Shown: positions 9,502 to 17,586 of the stretch, piece after piece
Layout of the letters: every line of letters begins with the position of its first letter
Numbering within the stretch: the stretch's first letter is position 1
Source of the DNA: a virus
Lineage: Duplodnaviria; Caudoviricetes
IMG/VR virus record: IMGVR_UViG_3300020380_000908
Location: 1-45,519 of that record
Direction: 5' to 3' (one strand)
DNA: 45,519 bases
The notes under the pieces: generated by a model
What the model saw: the letters and a program-made list of their open reading frames with translations, nothing else
Told to the model about the DNA's origin: nothing
Database searches by the model: none
Made by a program: the position numbers and the translations under genes

Positions 9502-9576
9502 TGGTAGGCGGTGAGGGATTCGAACCCCCGACAGCCTCGGTGTAAACGAGATACTCTACCGCTGAGTTAACCGCCC
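9502..9576 (-). tRNA. tRNA-Val (UAC)
   Basis: GGGCGGT acceptor stem, anticodon arm TCTCG-TTTACAC-CGAGG, GTTCGAATC T-loop, encoded CCA. Confidence 0.95.
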
Positions 9577-9824
9577 AAATTATCTTTCCACAAAACAAAA
9601 CTCATTGCTATATTTTTAGGGTCTATAGCTTTAGAAACTAAAAGCTCGGAGCATTTTCTTATATCTGCTGCAAGCTTCATGCGATCTTCATCAGTATCCA
9701 TTGGTTTTGCTCTTGCCATTTCACAATAATCGCAAAAATTCATATACGCCATCCTCCACGAAACTTGAGGGTCAGAAGCGTTTTCTAAGAAAACTCTTTT
9801 GTATTCTAGTATTTCATCTTTCAC
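9567..9824 (-). CDS. Hypothetical protein
   Basis: Coupled to the upstream gene; its 3' end overlaps tRNA-Val. Confidence 0.5.
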   Translation of the reverse strand: MKDEILEYKRVFLENASDPQVSWRMAYMNFCDYCEMARAKPMDTDEDRMKLAADIRKCSELLVSKAIDPKNIAMSFVLWKDNLGG

Positions 9825-10504
9825 TTTAGAGTCCTTAAATATGCTGGCATAAGCACTTCGTTAACTAGTTTTATGGCGTATTCATTATCGCTGGGAAAAT
9901 GAACTCCTTCTTTTATTCTAGATAAAGCAACAATGTTTGCCAAATTTAAAAATTCTTTTTCGAGTTGTGGTTTATGGTGGGAGGCTATTTCTGCTGCAAA
10001 ATATGCGGCAGCTGTATGACCGCTTGGGTAAGAAGGCGTAGCAGCGGTTCCGGTCTTTTGCATTTTTTTATTATAATCTATTTCAATATTATGATAATCA
10101 GAAACCTGAAAGGGTCTGGCTCTGCCAAAATGCATTTTCATTTTAATTATGAAAATATTTAAATCCGACATCAAATCTTTAATATTTATTTCTTTAGATT
10201 TAATGGGTGGATTAACTTTATCGTAAAAATCAAACACTACTCCATCTGGATCATCGTCGCACCTCATTAAAAGTTCTTTAGAGGGATTCCATTGATTCTG
10301 TAAGGCGGATATTTTTTCTAATTCTTTTTTTGTTTCTAGGCTAGAATTTTTAAAAGGAGAAATCATGGGTGCTTTAGTAAAATCTATACTTAAGACCTTA
10401 TAATTATCTTTAGCTTGTTCTGAATACTCCTTTTTAGTGTTTTCAAAATAAATTTTATCAACCTCTAAGGCGAGTATTTCTTTGGAAAAGTCTACATTCA
10501 TCAC
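9821..10504 (-). CDS. PAP2-superfamily phosphatase
   Basis: K..F.RARP, PSYPSGH and SRIKEGVHFPSD motifs. Confidence 0.85.
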   Translation of the reverse strand: MMNVDFSKEILALEVDKIYFENTKKEYSEQAKDNYKVLSIDFTKAPMISPFKNSSLETKKELEKISALQNQWNPSKELLMRCDDDPDGVVFDFYDKVNPPIKSKEINIKDLMSDLNIFIIKMKMHFGRARPFQVSDYHNIEIDYNKKMQKTGTAATPSYPSGHTAAAYFAAEIASHHKPQLEKEFLNLANIVALSRIKEGVHFPSDNEYAIKLVNEVLMPAYLRTLK

Positions 10505-10528
10505 TCAATGTTATTACACTTTTTAAGA

Positions 10529-11008
10529 TTATTTTAAAAAATCAAATTGCTCTTTTAACTTTTTAGTATCGTGAGAAAGATGTTGATAGTTTTCAGTTAA
10601 TTCCTCGCCCTTTTTAATATCCTTTATCGCTATAAAATTGGCGTATTGATAAGGGTTGGTGTTTTTGCCCATTTCAATTCTTATATTGGGATCATCGCTA
10701 TGATTTAAATAATAACCTAGATTTATATTATTTAAGCCGTTTTCATGAAGCGCGTAAGTCCCTAAATGACTGATGGCTGTGTAGCTTTTAATCAGGCTAA
10801 CAACCTCTTCGCCTAAAGAGGAGACCTCTTCTTCGGATATATCTACAAGTTCATCTCTTTCGGGGAGGTAATTAGATAAATTAAAAACCAACGTGCCTTT
10901 TTTAATATCTCTTATCGCTATGAGACCTACTCCATGTATGTCTGACCTACCAACTCTGCAAAAAATATGTTTATTTAAATTATCAAGTAATTCTTGTTTT
11001 CTAGTCAT
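10529..11008 (-). CDS. SET-domain protein-lysine methyltransferase
   Basis: S.IHGVGLIA.RDIKKG, YLNHSDDPN, IKKGEELT.NY. Confidence 0.9.
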   Translation of the reverse strand: MTRKQELLDNLNKHIFCRVGRSDIHGVGLIAIRDIKKGTLVFNLSNYLPERDELVDISEEEVSSLGEEVVSLIKSYTAISHLGTYALHENGLNNINLGYYLNHSDDPNIRIEMGKNTNPYQYANFIAIKDIKKGEELTENYQHLSHDTKKLKEQFDFLK

Positions 11009-11306
11009 CCTTTTCTTTTCTCCATCCTTGTTTGTATAAAATTGCTGTTACTGTATTAGCAAATTTAGTAACTTCTCTTTCTGATTTATCCCAAAAAAAG
11101 GCGTGACAAATTTCATGTATAATTGTATTAAGTTCAGTCTTTTTAGTTAACCCTCTGTTGATGTATATTTTAGGATTGTTCTCGTTTGGGTCCACGCATA
11201 AGCCATGTAAATCTTCTCCTTGAGCTTTATGTGGTTTCATAAAATACACCTCATACTCCACACCCTTGGCATTTTTAAATTTAAAAACTGGCTTTGGCCA
11301 ACTCAT
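11001..11306 (-). CDS. Small HEXXH zinc metallopeptidase-like protein
   Basis: GLC...IYI...TIIHEICHA...E. Confidence 0.65.
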   Translation of the reverse strand: MSWPKPVFKFKNAKGVEYEVYFMKPHKAQGEDLHGLCVDPNENNPKIYINRGLTKKTELNTIIHEICHAFFWDKSEREVTKFANTVTAILYKQGWRKEKDD

Positions 11307-12034
11307 TTTAATGCCCCCTTTTTTGAATTAACAAAGTTCAGAAGTTCCAGCTTGTTTTCTAAACCTTTAGCCCAATTAGCGTGATGAACTTTTAAGTCCT
11401 TCACGATTAACATATCTTCTCTTTCTTTATCACTTTTATTTTCCCACCATAATCCCGCTTGATTGTGTTCTGTAAAATCTTTCAAGCCGTCTGTGTAAAG
11501 GCCGTGAGTATAGTATCTTGGTGGAAGATATTTCCATTTTACATCGGTTCTCTTGTTTAAGACCGCATTTATTGTTTGTTGCTCTGATGATTCAAATGAG
11601 GTTGGCGAATTTGGGTCGAAGGATTGTAGAGTTGACAAAACTTCAGAAAAAACTTCTCTGATTTTATCTGTAGACCTCAATACAAAAAACCCGCCGCATC
11701 TTCCAACGGTATCTGAGTTATGATCTTTCATGAAAGCTATATCAGCTTCAGCTAAAGATTCAATTAAATCATTTTTAATGTTACCATAAAATCTTATGTC
11801 AACATCAGAAAAAACCAATATCTCATCATAAAAAAAAGTTTGTAAGTTTTTATTTATAAACTTTTGCTTTTCTATCATCTGATCCCTCCACCCAGAAGAA
11901 AAAAGACCTCCTTTGCATTTTTGAGGCATTTTTTCTACCACCAATGACAAGCCTTCTTCAAATGGAAAAGACTTTATGAAATGCTGTTCAAAAAATGGGG
12001 TATGTAGGTCTGTGTATGTCGTGCAAACCCTCAT
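11303..12034 (-). CDS. Nucleotide-diphospho-sugar transferase (GT77-like)
   Basis: FSDVDI (DXD), CGGFF, EQ..IN, HHANW..G...K. Confidence 0.75.
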   Translation of the reverse strand: MRVCTTYTDLHTPFFEQHFIKSFPFEEGLSLVVEKMPQKCKGGLFSSGWRDQMIEKQKFINKNLQTFFYDEILVFSDVDIRFYGNIKNDLIESLAEADIAFMKDHNSDTVGRCGGFFVLRSTDKIREVFSEVLSTLQSFDPNSPTSFESSEQQTINAVLNKRTDVKWKYLPPRYYTHGLYTDGLKDFTEHNQAGLWWENKSDKEREDMLIVKDLKVHHANWAKGLENKLELLNFVNSKKGALK

Positions 12035-12055
12035 ATTAATATAATAATACGCTTA

Positions 12056-13120
12056 TCAATTTAAATCTAGCTTTTTAGAGGATAATTTAATTATATTAGA
12101 AATTCTATCTTTATTTCTGTTGGGGTAATAAAACGCTATATCAGAAGCTAAATTATAAACTTCTGTATACATATGCCTAGATTTACTTAAACTACCTCCG
12201 TAGCCATTATGATAAGAGAACTCTTCTAAGTTGGCTGAGTCTAATTTTCCGGTTAAATTGTAAAACATTATGTCAAAAGACTTTTTAGTTACTCTCGTTG
12301 TCTCTACAGGCAGTTTAGTCGCTGGATCAATAATTGTAACTCTTGGAGGCTCCACAACAACGGGGTTGGCAATCATTGGGGGTTTTTTCATTGGCTTATA
12401 AGCCGCGCTGTTTGCTCCAAGTAAATCAACACATAGGTTGTAGCCGATCCTGTCTTTATAGTATAACCATTTTGAGTTTGGAGGACGCACGTAAGAGGGA
12501 TCGTAGCCATCTTTCAACAAATAAGCCGTAGAAATTTCTGCCCAATACTCATGGAAATTATGAAAAGCATAATCACTGTCTTTGTAGTTTTTATTTCTTG
12601 AAGCTTTCAAAAACGCATCCCTTATTTTCCAGTTGTATTGAAAACCGATTACTTCCATGTGGTAAATATGCATAACTTCATGGAGTAGGTAAGGGAAAGT
12701 TGCGTAGCGCGACATCATGGATTGTTCAGCGCCATAAATAGTTCTGCAAACTACTATGCTTCCATTGGTGAAAGAATTATGTCTCTTGTCCCAATTACTC
12801 TGGGTTTTAGAAATTACTTCAAAGCCATTGCATTCTTCCTCTAGCAGAAGAATTTTATATTTTTCACTTTTTATTCTATCTATTGTTTTGGGGGTCAGTT
12901 TATTGATTTCTCTAAAGAACGAGCCATAAGTTCTAATTACGAAATCTACACTATCTTTCCCATGTTTGGTAACTTTAGTGTGAAGATAAAAGTCAATCCC
13001 ATCTAAAGTTACTTTACGGTAATCCTTTGGGGTGTATGAAACCGTCGAGTAAGGAAGTATAACTGCCTCTAAGCCTAGAATAAGACCCAAGTAAACTACT
13101 ACCAATGATGTAACCTTCAT
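12056..13120 (-). CDS. Secreted gluzincin-like zinc metallopeptidase
   Basis: Hydrophobic N-terminus; LLHEVMH and YA..N.HEYWAE. Confidence 0.65.
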   Translation of the reverse strand: MKVTSLVVVYLGLILGLEAVILPYSTVSYTPKDYRKVTLDGIDFYLHTKVTKHGKDSVDFVIRTYGSFFREINKLTPKTIDRIKSEKYKILLLEEECNGFEVISKTQSNWDKRHNSFTNGSIVVCRTIYGAEQSMMSRYATFPYLLHEVMHIYHMEVIGFQYNWKIRDAFLKASRNKNYKDSDYAFHNFHEYWAEISTAYLLKDGYDPSYVRPPNSKWLYYKDRIGYNLCVDLLGANSAAYKPMKKPPMIANPVVVEPPRVTIIDPATKLPVETTRVTKKSFDIMFYNLTGKLDSANLEEFSYHNGYGGSLSKSRHMYTEVYNLASDIAFYYPNRNKDRISNIIKLSSKKLDLN

Positions 13121-13156
13121 AATACATTTATAAAGGTTTTTTTAAAAAAGTCAAGA

Positions 13157-13471
13157 CTAAATTAATAAAATATGTTCATCGTCTTGCTTGAATTCTATTG
13201 AATCTACAGAAAGGGCTGTCTTGCAAAAATTAATTAAATTATGGTTTTGATCGGCAAATATTAAAGGTATGTTGTTTTTATAGACTGTCTTAGCGGAATC
13301 TTTCCTTTTTTGCAAATTACAACCGCACCCACCTTTTGTGTTCTCATAGCTATTCAGTATAGCAGTTACATTTTCGTGAAGTGACGAATCACAGTTATCT
13401 AATACATCCTGAAGGTTTATCTTTATAAACACTCCAAAATCTACATAACTGTTAAAAATCATTGAATTCAT
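13157..13471 (-). CDS. Hypothetical protein (GCGC motif)
   Basis: ORF coupled to the upstream gene. Confidence 0.55.
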   Translation of the reverse strand: MNSMIFNSYVDFGVFIKINLQDVLDNCDSSLHENVTAILNSYENTKGGCGCNLQKRKDSAKTVYKNNIPLIFADQNHNLINFCKTALSVDSIEFKQDDEHILLI

Positions 13472-13815
13472 TGAGCTTTGCTAGATAAAAAATTTAAAGT
13501 TAAGAACAAGAATAAAGTTAACCATATATTTATTATTAAAAATACAACGTTTTGATGGTAAGAAAAAGTTGCTAAATTCAACCAAAAACTAACACAATAC
13601 GGACAAGAAATTAACTTTCTTATAAAGTTCCTCTTTTGGAATGTCAAATAAGTCCAGTAATCTCCTTCTCCCACTGTATCCAAAAACTTTTCATACTTAT
13701 CAATCTCAAATACTTTTTCAAGCCTAAACAGTTTAACGTACTCTACGAAAGCATCAGTTTTGTAAAGAAAAAACAAAATACTAGCATTTAAAAAAGAGTA
13801 AACTAAACTTTCCAT
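13468..13815 (-). CDS. Membrane protein, DUF1360-like
   Basis: LISCPYCVSFW motif flanked by TM segments. Confidence 0.55.
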   Translation of the reverse strand: MESLVYSFLNASILFFLYKTDAFVEYVKLFRLEKVFEIDKYEKFLDTVGEGDYWTYLTFQKRNFIRKLISCPYCVSFWLNLATFSYHQNVVFLIINIWLTLFLFLTLNFLSSKAQ

Positions 13816-13837
13816 ATATAGTATTTTATACTTAAAC

Positions 13838-14263
13838 CTAATTTACTTCAAAAATATTTGTCACACTTATATTGTAGAATTTAAATATATCCAAAGCTTT
13901 CTCATCCTTTTCGTAGATTTCAGAAAAAACCACTTTTTTAACGCCATAAGCAGCTATTAATGTGGCGCAGTATGAGCAAGGTAAGAGAGTTACTGCTAGT
14001 AAATCCACTTCCCCCTTCTTGCAAAGAGATAAACAATTGGCTTCAGCGTGTATCATGTATGGCCTACGCCCATCTCTATCTTCCCAAAAAACGTTCGAGA
14101 CTTCTTTACCTGAAGCTAAACCATTGTAGCCAACCCCAACAACCATATTAGAGCTATTTAAAGCGCAAGCCCCCACCTTACGGTGAGGGTCTTCGCTTCT
14201 GAGTGAGGCGGTATATGCTATTTTTAAAGCATACTCGTCCCAAGAAATTCTTGGTGAATTCAT
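13838..14263 (-). CDS. dCMP deaminase
   Basis: RS.DP..KVGAC, GYNG, HAEAN, PCSYC. Confidence 0.92.
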   Translation of the reverse strand: MNSPRISWDEYALKIAYTASLRSEDPHRKVGACALNSSNMVVGVGYNGLASGKEVSNVFWEDRDGRRPYMIHAEANCLSLCKKGEVDLLAVTLLPCSYCATLIAAYGVKKVVFSEIYEKDEKALDIFKFYNISVTNIFEVN

Positions 14264-14326
14264 TTGAGGGCAAAAAAAGCTGTCTGAGCAATATACCAGA
14301 CAATCAGTAGAGTTAGAAATTCCATT

Positions 14327-14593
14327 TTAGTAATAGGTTTGAATTTCTTGATTTACTGAGCCTGTTGTTGTATTCTTTTTGTAAGTTACTCTGGGACGAC
14401 CATTTTTAGTCTTAACTTTTCCCACGATAAGGAGTTCACCTCTATCCACAGCGGCATTAAGCTTGCTATGAATAGTAACTCTTGACACGTTTTCAGTGCA
14501 GGTGTTAAAAACGTCTTGAGCGGTAAATTCTACATCAGGCCAAGGGATATTAACTGGTGGCCTACCTCTTGTGACTTTAATTTTGTTATTCAT
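14327..14593 (-). CDS. Small DNA-binding protein (winged-helix with AT-hook-like RGRP motifs)
   Basis: TRGRPP and NGRPR flank an HTH-like segment. Confidence 0.6.
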   Translation of the reverse strand: MNNKIKVTRGRPPVNIPWPDVEFTAQDVFNTCTENVSRVTIHSKLNAAVDRGELLIVGKVKTKNGRPRVTYKKNTTTGSVNQEIQTYY

Positions 14594-14602
14594 ATTAGAA
14601 AT

Positions 14603-14630
14603 ATAATATCATTTTTTTATACCGAGTCAA
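14603..14630 (-). promoter_or_regulatory. Sigma70-type promoter
   Basis: TTGACT-16 bp-TATTAT with TG extension; ATG 9 nt downstream. Confidence 0.7.
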
Positions 14631-14672
14631 CCTTTTTTTGAAAATAAATGTTAAATAATTTAAAATAAAAAG

Positions 14673-15077
14673 ATGACAATTTTAGACGTAAATAATTTAC
14701 TGTTCGATTGGTACACAAATAACAGCACCTTTAAAATGGATAGAGATTTTAAGAAAATAGTGCCAATCTACGAAGATGAAGATGAAGTTAAAAAAACCAT
14801 AGAACTAGCTTTAGATCAACTAATTGAGGCCAATTTAATTTTACCCTGTAAAGAAAAAGAATATTACATTCTTACAAAACCATTCTCAGCATATCAACAA
14901 ACTTTAGAAATTAACTCTTGGGTTTCGGCGTATGTAGCATCTCAAATAAATGATTTCTGTAGTCTCATAGGGGATGACCAAGATAAATGCGATGCCTCTA
15001 GCTTAACTGAAAAAGACCTTAAAAACTTATGTCATATAATAGATTACTACAAAGATGCTCTTTCTAAAAAAGAATAG
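14673..15077 (+). CDS. Hypothetical protein
   Basis: ORF with TTGAAA-17-TAAAAT ending 6 nt before the ATG. Confidence 0.65.
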   Translation: MTILDVNNLLFDWYTNNSTFKMDRDFKKIVPIYEDEDEVKKTIELALDQLIEANLILPCKEKEYYILTKPFSAYQQTLEINSWVSAYVASQINDFCSLIGDDQDKCDASSLTEKDLKNLCHIIDYYKDALSKKE

Positions 15078-15078
15078 C

Positions 15079-15106
15079 TTGCTATTAAAAAAAAATATCA
15101 TATACT
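15079..15106 (+). promoter_or_regulatory. Sigma70-type promoter upstream of the putative ncRNA
   Basis: TTGCTA-16 bp-TATACT; the first helix begins 7 nt downstream. Confidence 0.65.
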
Positions 15107-15111
15107 ATTCA

Positions 15112-15520
15112 AAGTTCTTTAGTGCGGTGATATCGTGGTAACTAAAAAGAAACCTCAAAGCCCGTAAAAAGACACTGATTGAATAGGCCCAATAAGCCTT
15201 ACGTTACTGCGGGAGCACGAGGCGTTTGAAATCAGATCAGCAACATAAGTTGCTGGCCAGATACTTAATCCTATACTATGGGAAAAGGAAGGCTGGTTTA
15301 TAAGTCAAAAAATAAGTTCCTCCGCAGAACTAAAGAACGTAATTTAAAACCGAAGACTGTTGCTCATGAGCTAGGCTAAAAGTGGCCGAAACTAAATGCG
15401 ACGAACTGAAGTGGGAGCAGTCTTTTTGAATAACTAGCGAAATTCAGCTAGATAGGACACCATTGCTTAATGCCTAAAACTTGGGAAAATTTTAAAGGAA
15501 GGCTGGATTTTTTTAGTTAA
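15112..15520 (+). ncRNA. Putative large structured non-coding RNA (three domains)
   Basis: 490-nt gap with no ORF-track ORF, GC-richer than its flanks. Long-range helices 15114-15127/15322-15338, 15353-15361/15416-15424 and 15431-15449/15501-15519, plus local hairpins. G-U pairs favour the + strand. Confidence 0.7.
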
Positions 15521-15567
15521 ATTGTTTTTCAATCGTTAATATTATTAACTATATATTTGAATGTTTT

Positions 15568-16167
15568 ATGAATAGAATCATAGGTGTATCAGGTGTAGCG
15601 GGAGTAGGTAAGGATACTTTTTTCCAACTGCTTTCGGAAGTTATTCCTTGTAAACGTTACGCTTTAGCTGATGAACTTAAGAAAGAAGTTCGCCAATGGA
15701 CAAAACTTCATTACGGAATAGATTCATTTGATTGCACCATTGAAGAAAAAAACTTAATAAGACCCTTTTTAGTTGAACACGCTGGATTAAAAAGAAAGTT
15801 CAGCAAAGGTAGACACTGGATCGAAAAGATTCATGATTCCATTATCACCGATAAATTTGACGGACTTAAGATTATAACAGACTTAAGGTTCGATGAATTT
15901 GAGAAAGATGAAGTTTACTGGCTAAAAAACGAACTGAACGGTGTATTAGTTCACATTTCTCAGTATCGCCTAGAAAATAGACTCAACCATAATAACGTAA
16001 AAGTATTCAGGCAACCGGCCAATCTCGAAGAATCTAAGAATGATCCAAAATTAAAGCAAAAAAGTGACTTTCAAATTGAATGGGAATATCTTAAAAATGG
16101 TCATATCGATGAACTTAATATTTATATTAAAAATTTCATCGGATGGCTCGACCAAAGAAAAGAATAG
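15568..16167 (+). CDS. Deoxynucleoside monophosphate kinase-like protein
   Basis: GVAGVGKD P-loop, ALADELK, IITDLRF..E. Confidence 0.75.
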   Translation: MNRIIGVSGVAGVGKDTFFQLLSEVIPCKRYALADELKKEVRQWTKLHYGIDSFDCTIEEKNLIRPFLVEHAGLKRKFSKGRHWIEKIHDSIITDKFDGLKIITDLRFDEFEKDEVYWLKNELNGVLVHISQYRLENRLNHNNVKVFRQPANLEESKNDPKLKQKSDFQIEWEYLKNGHIDELNIYIKNFIGWLDQRKE

Positions 16168-16772
16168 AAGAACTTTGTGATAATTCTCTAGTTAAGAGAG
16201 TTAAAAAAGATGGCTGTAATAGGTCATTTAAAGAAATCCTGAATCGGCACGAAAAATTATTTTACAAAATATGTCAAAACTATATGTCCATACTAGAATC
16301 CAAAGGGCATAAAAGAGAGGAAATAGTATCAGAGGTGTGCTTCGTGTTATTTAAGGCGGTCAATTCCTACAATACAAATAAAAAAACTAAATTCTCCACT
16401 TGGATAGGTAATTGTTCTAAGTACTATTGTTTAAGTTTAATTAATGTTAAAAATAGATTCATCGACGCAGACGAAGAAGTTATAGAGTTTTATGTAAACA
16501 ACAAGTCAAAAGAAAGCTTTTACCTCGAAGAAACTCAAAATGAAAACAAAGAATTTGTTTTTGAAATACTCAAGCAACTTAAAGACCCTAGAGTTAAGAA
16601 GGTATTTCAACTAAGGTACTTTGATCAAGATAAAAAAAACAAAAAACCGACTTGGAGCGTTATAGCAAAAAAAATAAAAACCAGCACCCAGACCGCTATC
16701 AACCTGCACCAAAGAGGAATTAGAATATTAACTAAAAAATATAAAACAAATTTTTATTCCGACAAAATTTAA
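16143..16772 (+). CDS. Sigma-70 family RNA polymerase sigma factor (phage-type)
   Basis: Region 2 KAV.SY...K.TKFSTW; region 4 VFQLRY...TWSVIAKK...STQT. Confidence 0.75.
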   Translation: MARPKKRIEELCDNSLVKRVKKDGCNRSFKEILNRHEKLFYKICQNYMSILESKGHKREEIVSEVCFVLFKAVNSYNTNKKTKFSTWIGNCSKYYCLSLINVKNRFIDADEEVIEFYVNNKSKESFYLEETQNENKEFVFEILKQLKDPRVKKVFQLRYFDQDKKNKKPTWSVIAKKIKTSTQTAINLHQRGIRILTKKYKTNFYSDKI

Positions 16773-16774
16773 CA

Positions 16775-16802
16775 TTGACAAATATAAAATATATGATATC
16801 CT
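16775..16802 (+). promoter_or_regulatory. Sigma70-type promoter (extended -10)
   Basis: TTGACA-16-TATCCT with TGn; ATG 7 nt downstream. Confidence 0.7.
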
Positions 16803-16809
16803 TAATCAA

Positions 16810-17118
16810 ATGAGTGAGACAAATAATAATAAAAATGAATGGTCCGAAAGAGAAGTAGGAGCACTGTGGTTAAAGCAAAGCCCAAACCAAAAATACTTTT
16901 CAGGACATGTAACTGTTGAAGATGAGTTTGGAGATGAAAAGAAGCTCCAAGTGGTTGTTTTTAGAAATAAAAATAAACAAAAAGACAATCACCCTGACTT
17001 CAGAATCTATAAGTCAGTACCCAGAAACACAAGTGGCCAAAAACCACCAACAAATGAAGAAGCACAAGAGGCTGTTTCTTCAGGTGTTCAAGAAGTCCAA
17101 GAGGATGAATTGATTTAA
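16810..17118 (+). CDS. DUF736-like protein, possible ssDNA-binding protein
   Basis: EVGALW....KYFSG....VVFRN..K...HPDFRIY with an acidic tail. Confidence 0.6.
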   Translation: MSETNNNKNEWSEREVGALWLKQSPNQKYFSGHVTVEDEFGDEKKLQVVVFRNKNKQKDNHPDFRIYKSVPRNTSGQKPPTNEEAQEAVSSGVQEVQEDELI

Positions 17119-17137
17119 CCACACACCACCCAACCAG

Positions 17138-17176
17138 AAACTCCCCTATTCTGTCATTTAGTAGGGGAGTTTTTTT
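17138..17176 (+). terminator. Rho-independent terminator
   Basis: AAACTCCCCTA/TAGGGGAGTTT stem plus T-run. Confidence 0.85.
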
Positions 17177-17214
17177 CTTTACAAAAAAGACTACAAATAC
17201 TATAATTAACAAGT

Positions 17215-17586
17215 ATGCCATTTTACCTTTTTCAAAACCCTAAAACCCAAGAAGTAATAGAAATCATGCAAAGCATGAAAGCGGATCATGTCTACATAGA
17301 CGAAAAAGGTGTGAAGTGGAACAGGGTATTTACTGTACCTAACGCCGCGATAGATTCTGGAAGCATAGACCCGTATTCCAAAGAAGACTTCCTTAAGGCT
17401 ACTGAAAAAAAAGGCATAACCTGCGGAGAAATGTTCGATCTATCTGCCGAAATGAGCCAAAAAAGAGAATCCAAAGACGGCAAAGACAAGGTGAAAGAAA
17501 AAACTCAAAAAGATTACAAAAAGAAAACTGGCAAAGCTCACCCAGAAGTAATTAAAAAAAGAAAAAATAAAACTCTAGAATTATAA
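17215..17586 (+). CDS. FmdB-like small regulatory protein (lacks the zinc cysteines)
   Basis: MPFY.F.N....E..E..QSM...RVFT.P pattern. Confidence 0.55.
   Translation: MPFYLFQNPKTQEVIEIMQSMKADHVYIDEKGVKWNRVFTVPNAAIDSGSIDPYSKEDFLKATEKKGITCGEMFDLSAEMSQKRESKDGKDKVKEKTQKDYKKKTGKAHPEVIKKRKNKTLEL

Noticed and set aside
15112-15520. Group I intron, tmRNA or RNase P identity for the structured region
   Set aside because: CTGCGGG/CCGCAG and GACTG/CAGTC faintly recall P4 and P7, but canonical R/S sequences are missing and no gene is interrupted. There are no tRNA-like ends and no GAGGAAAGTCC.
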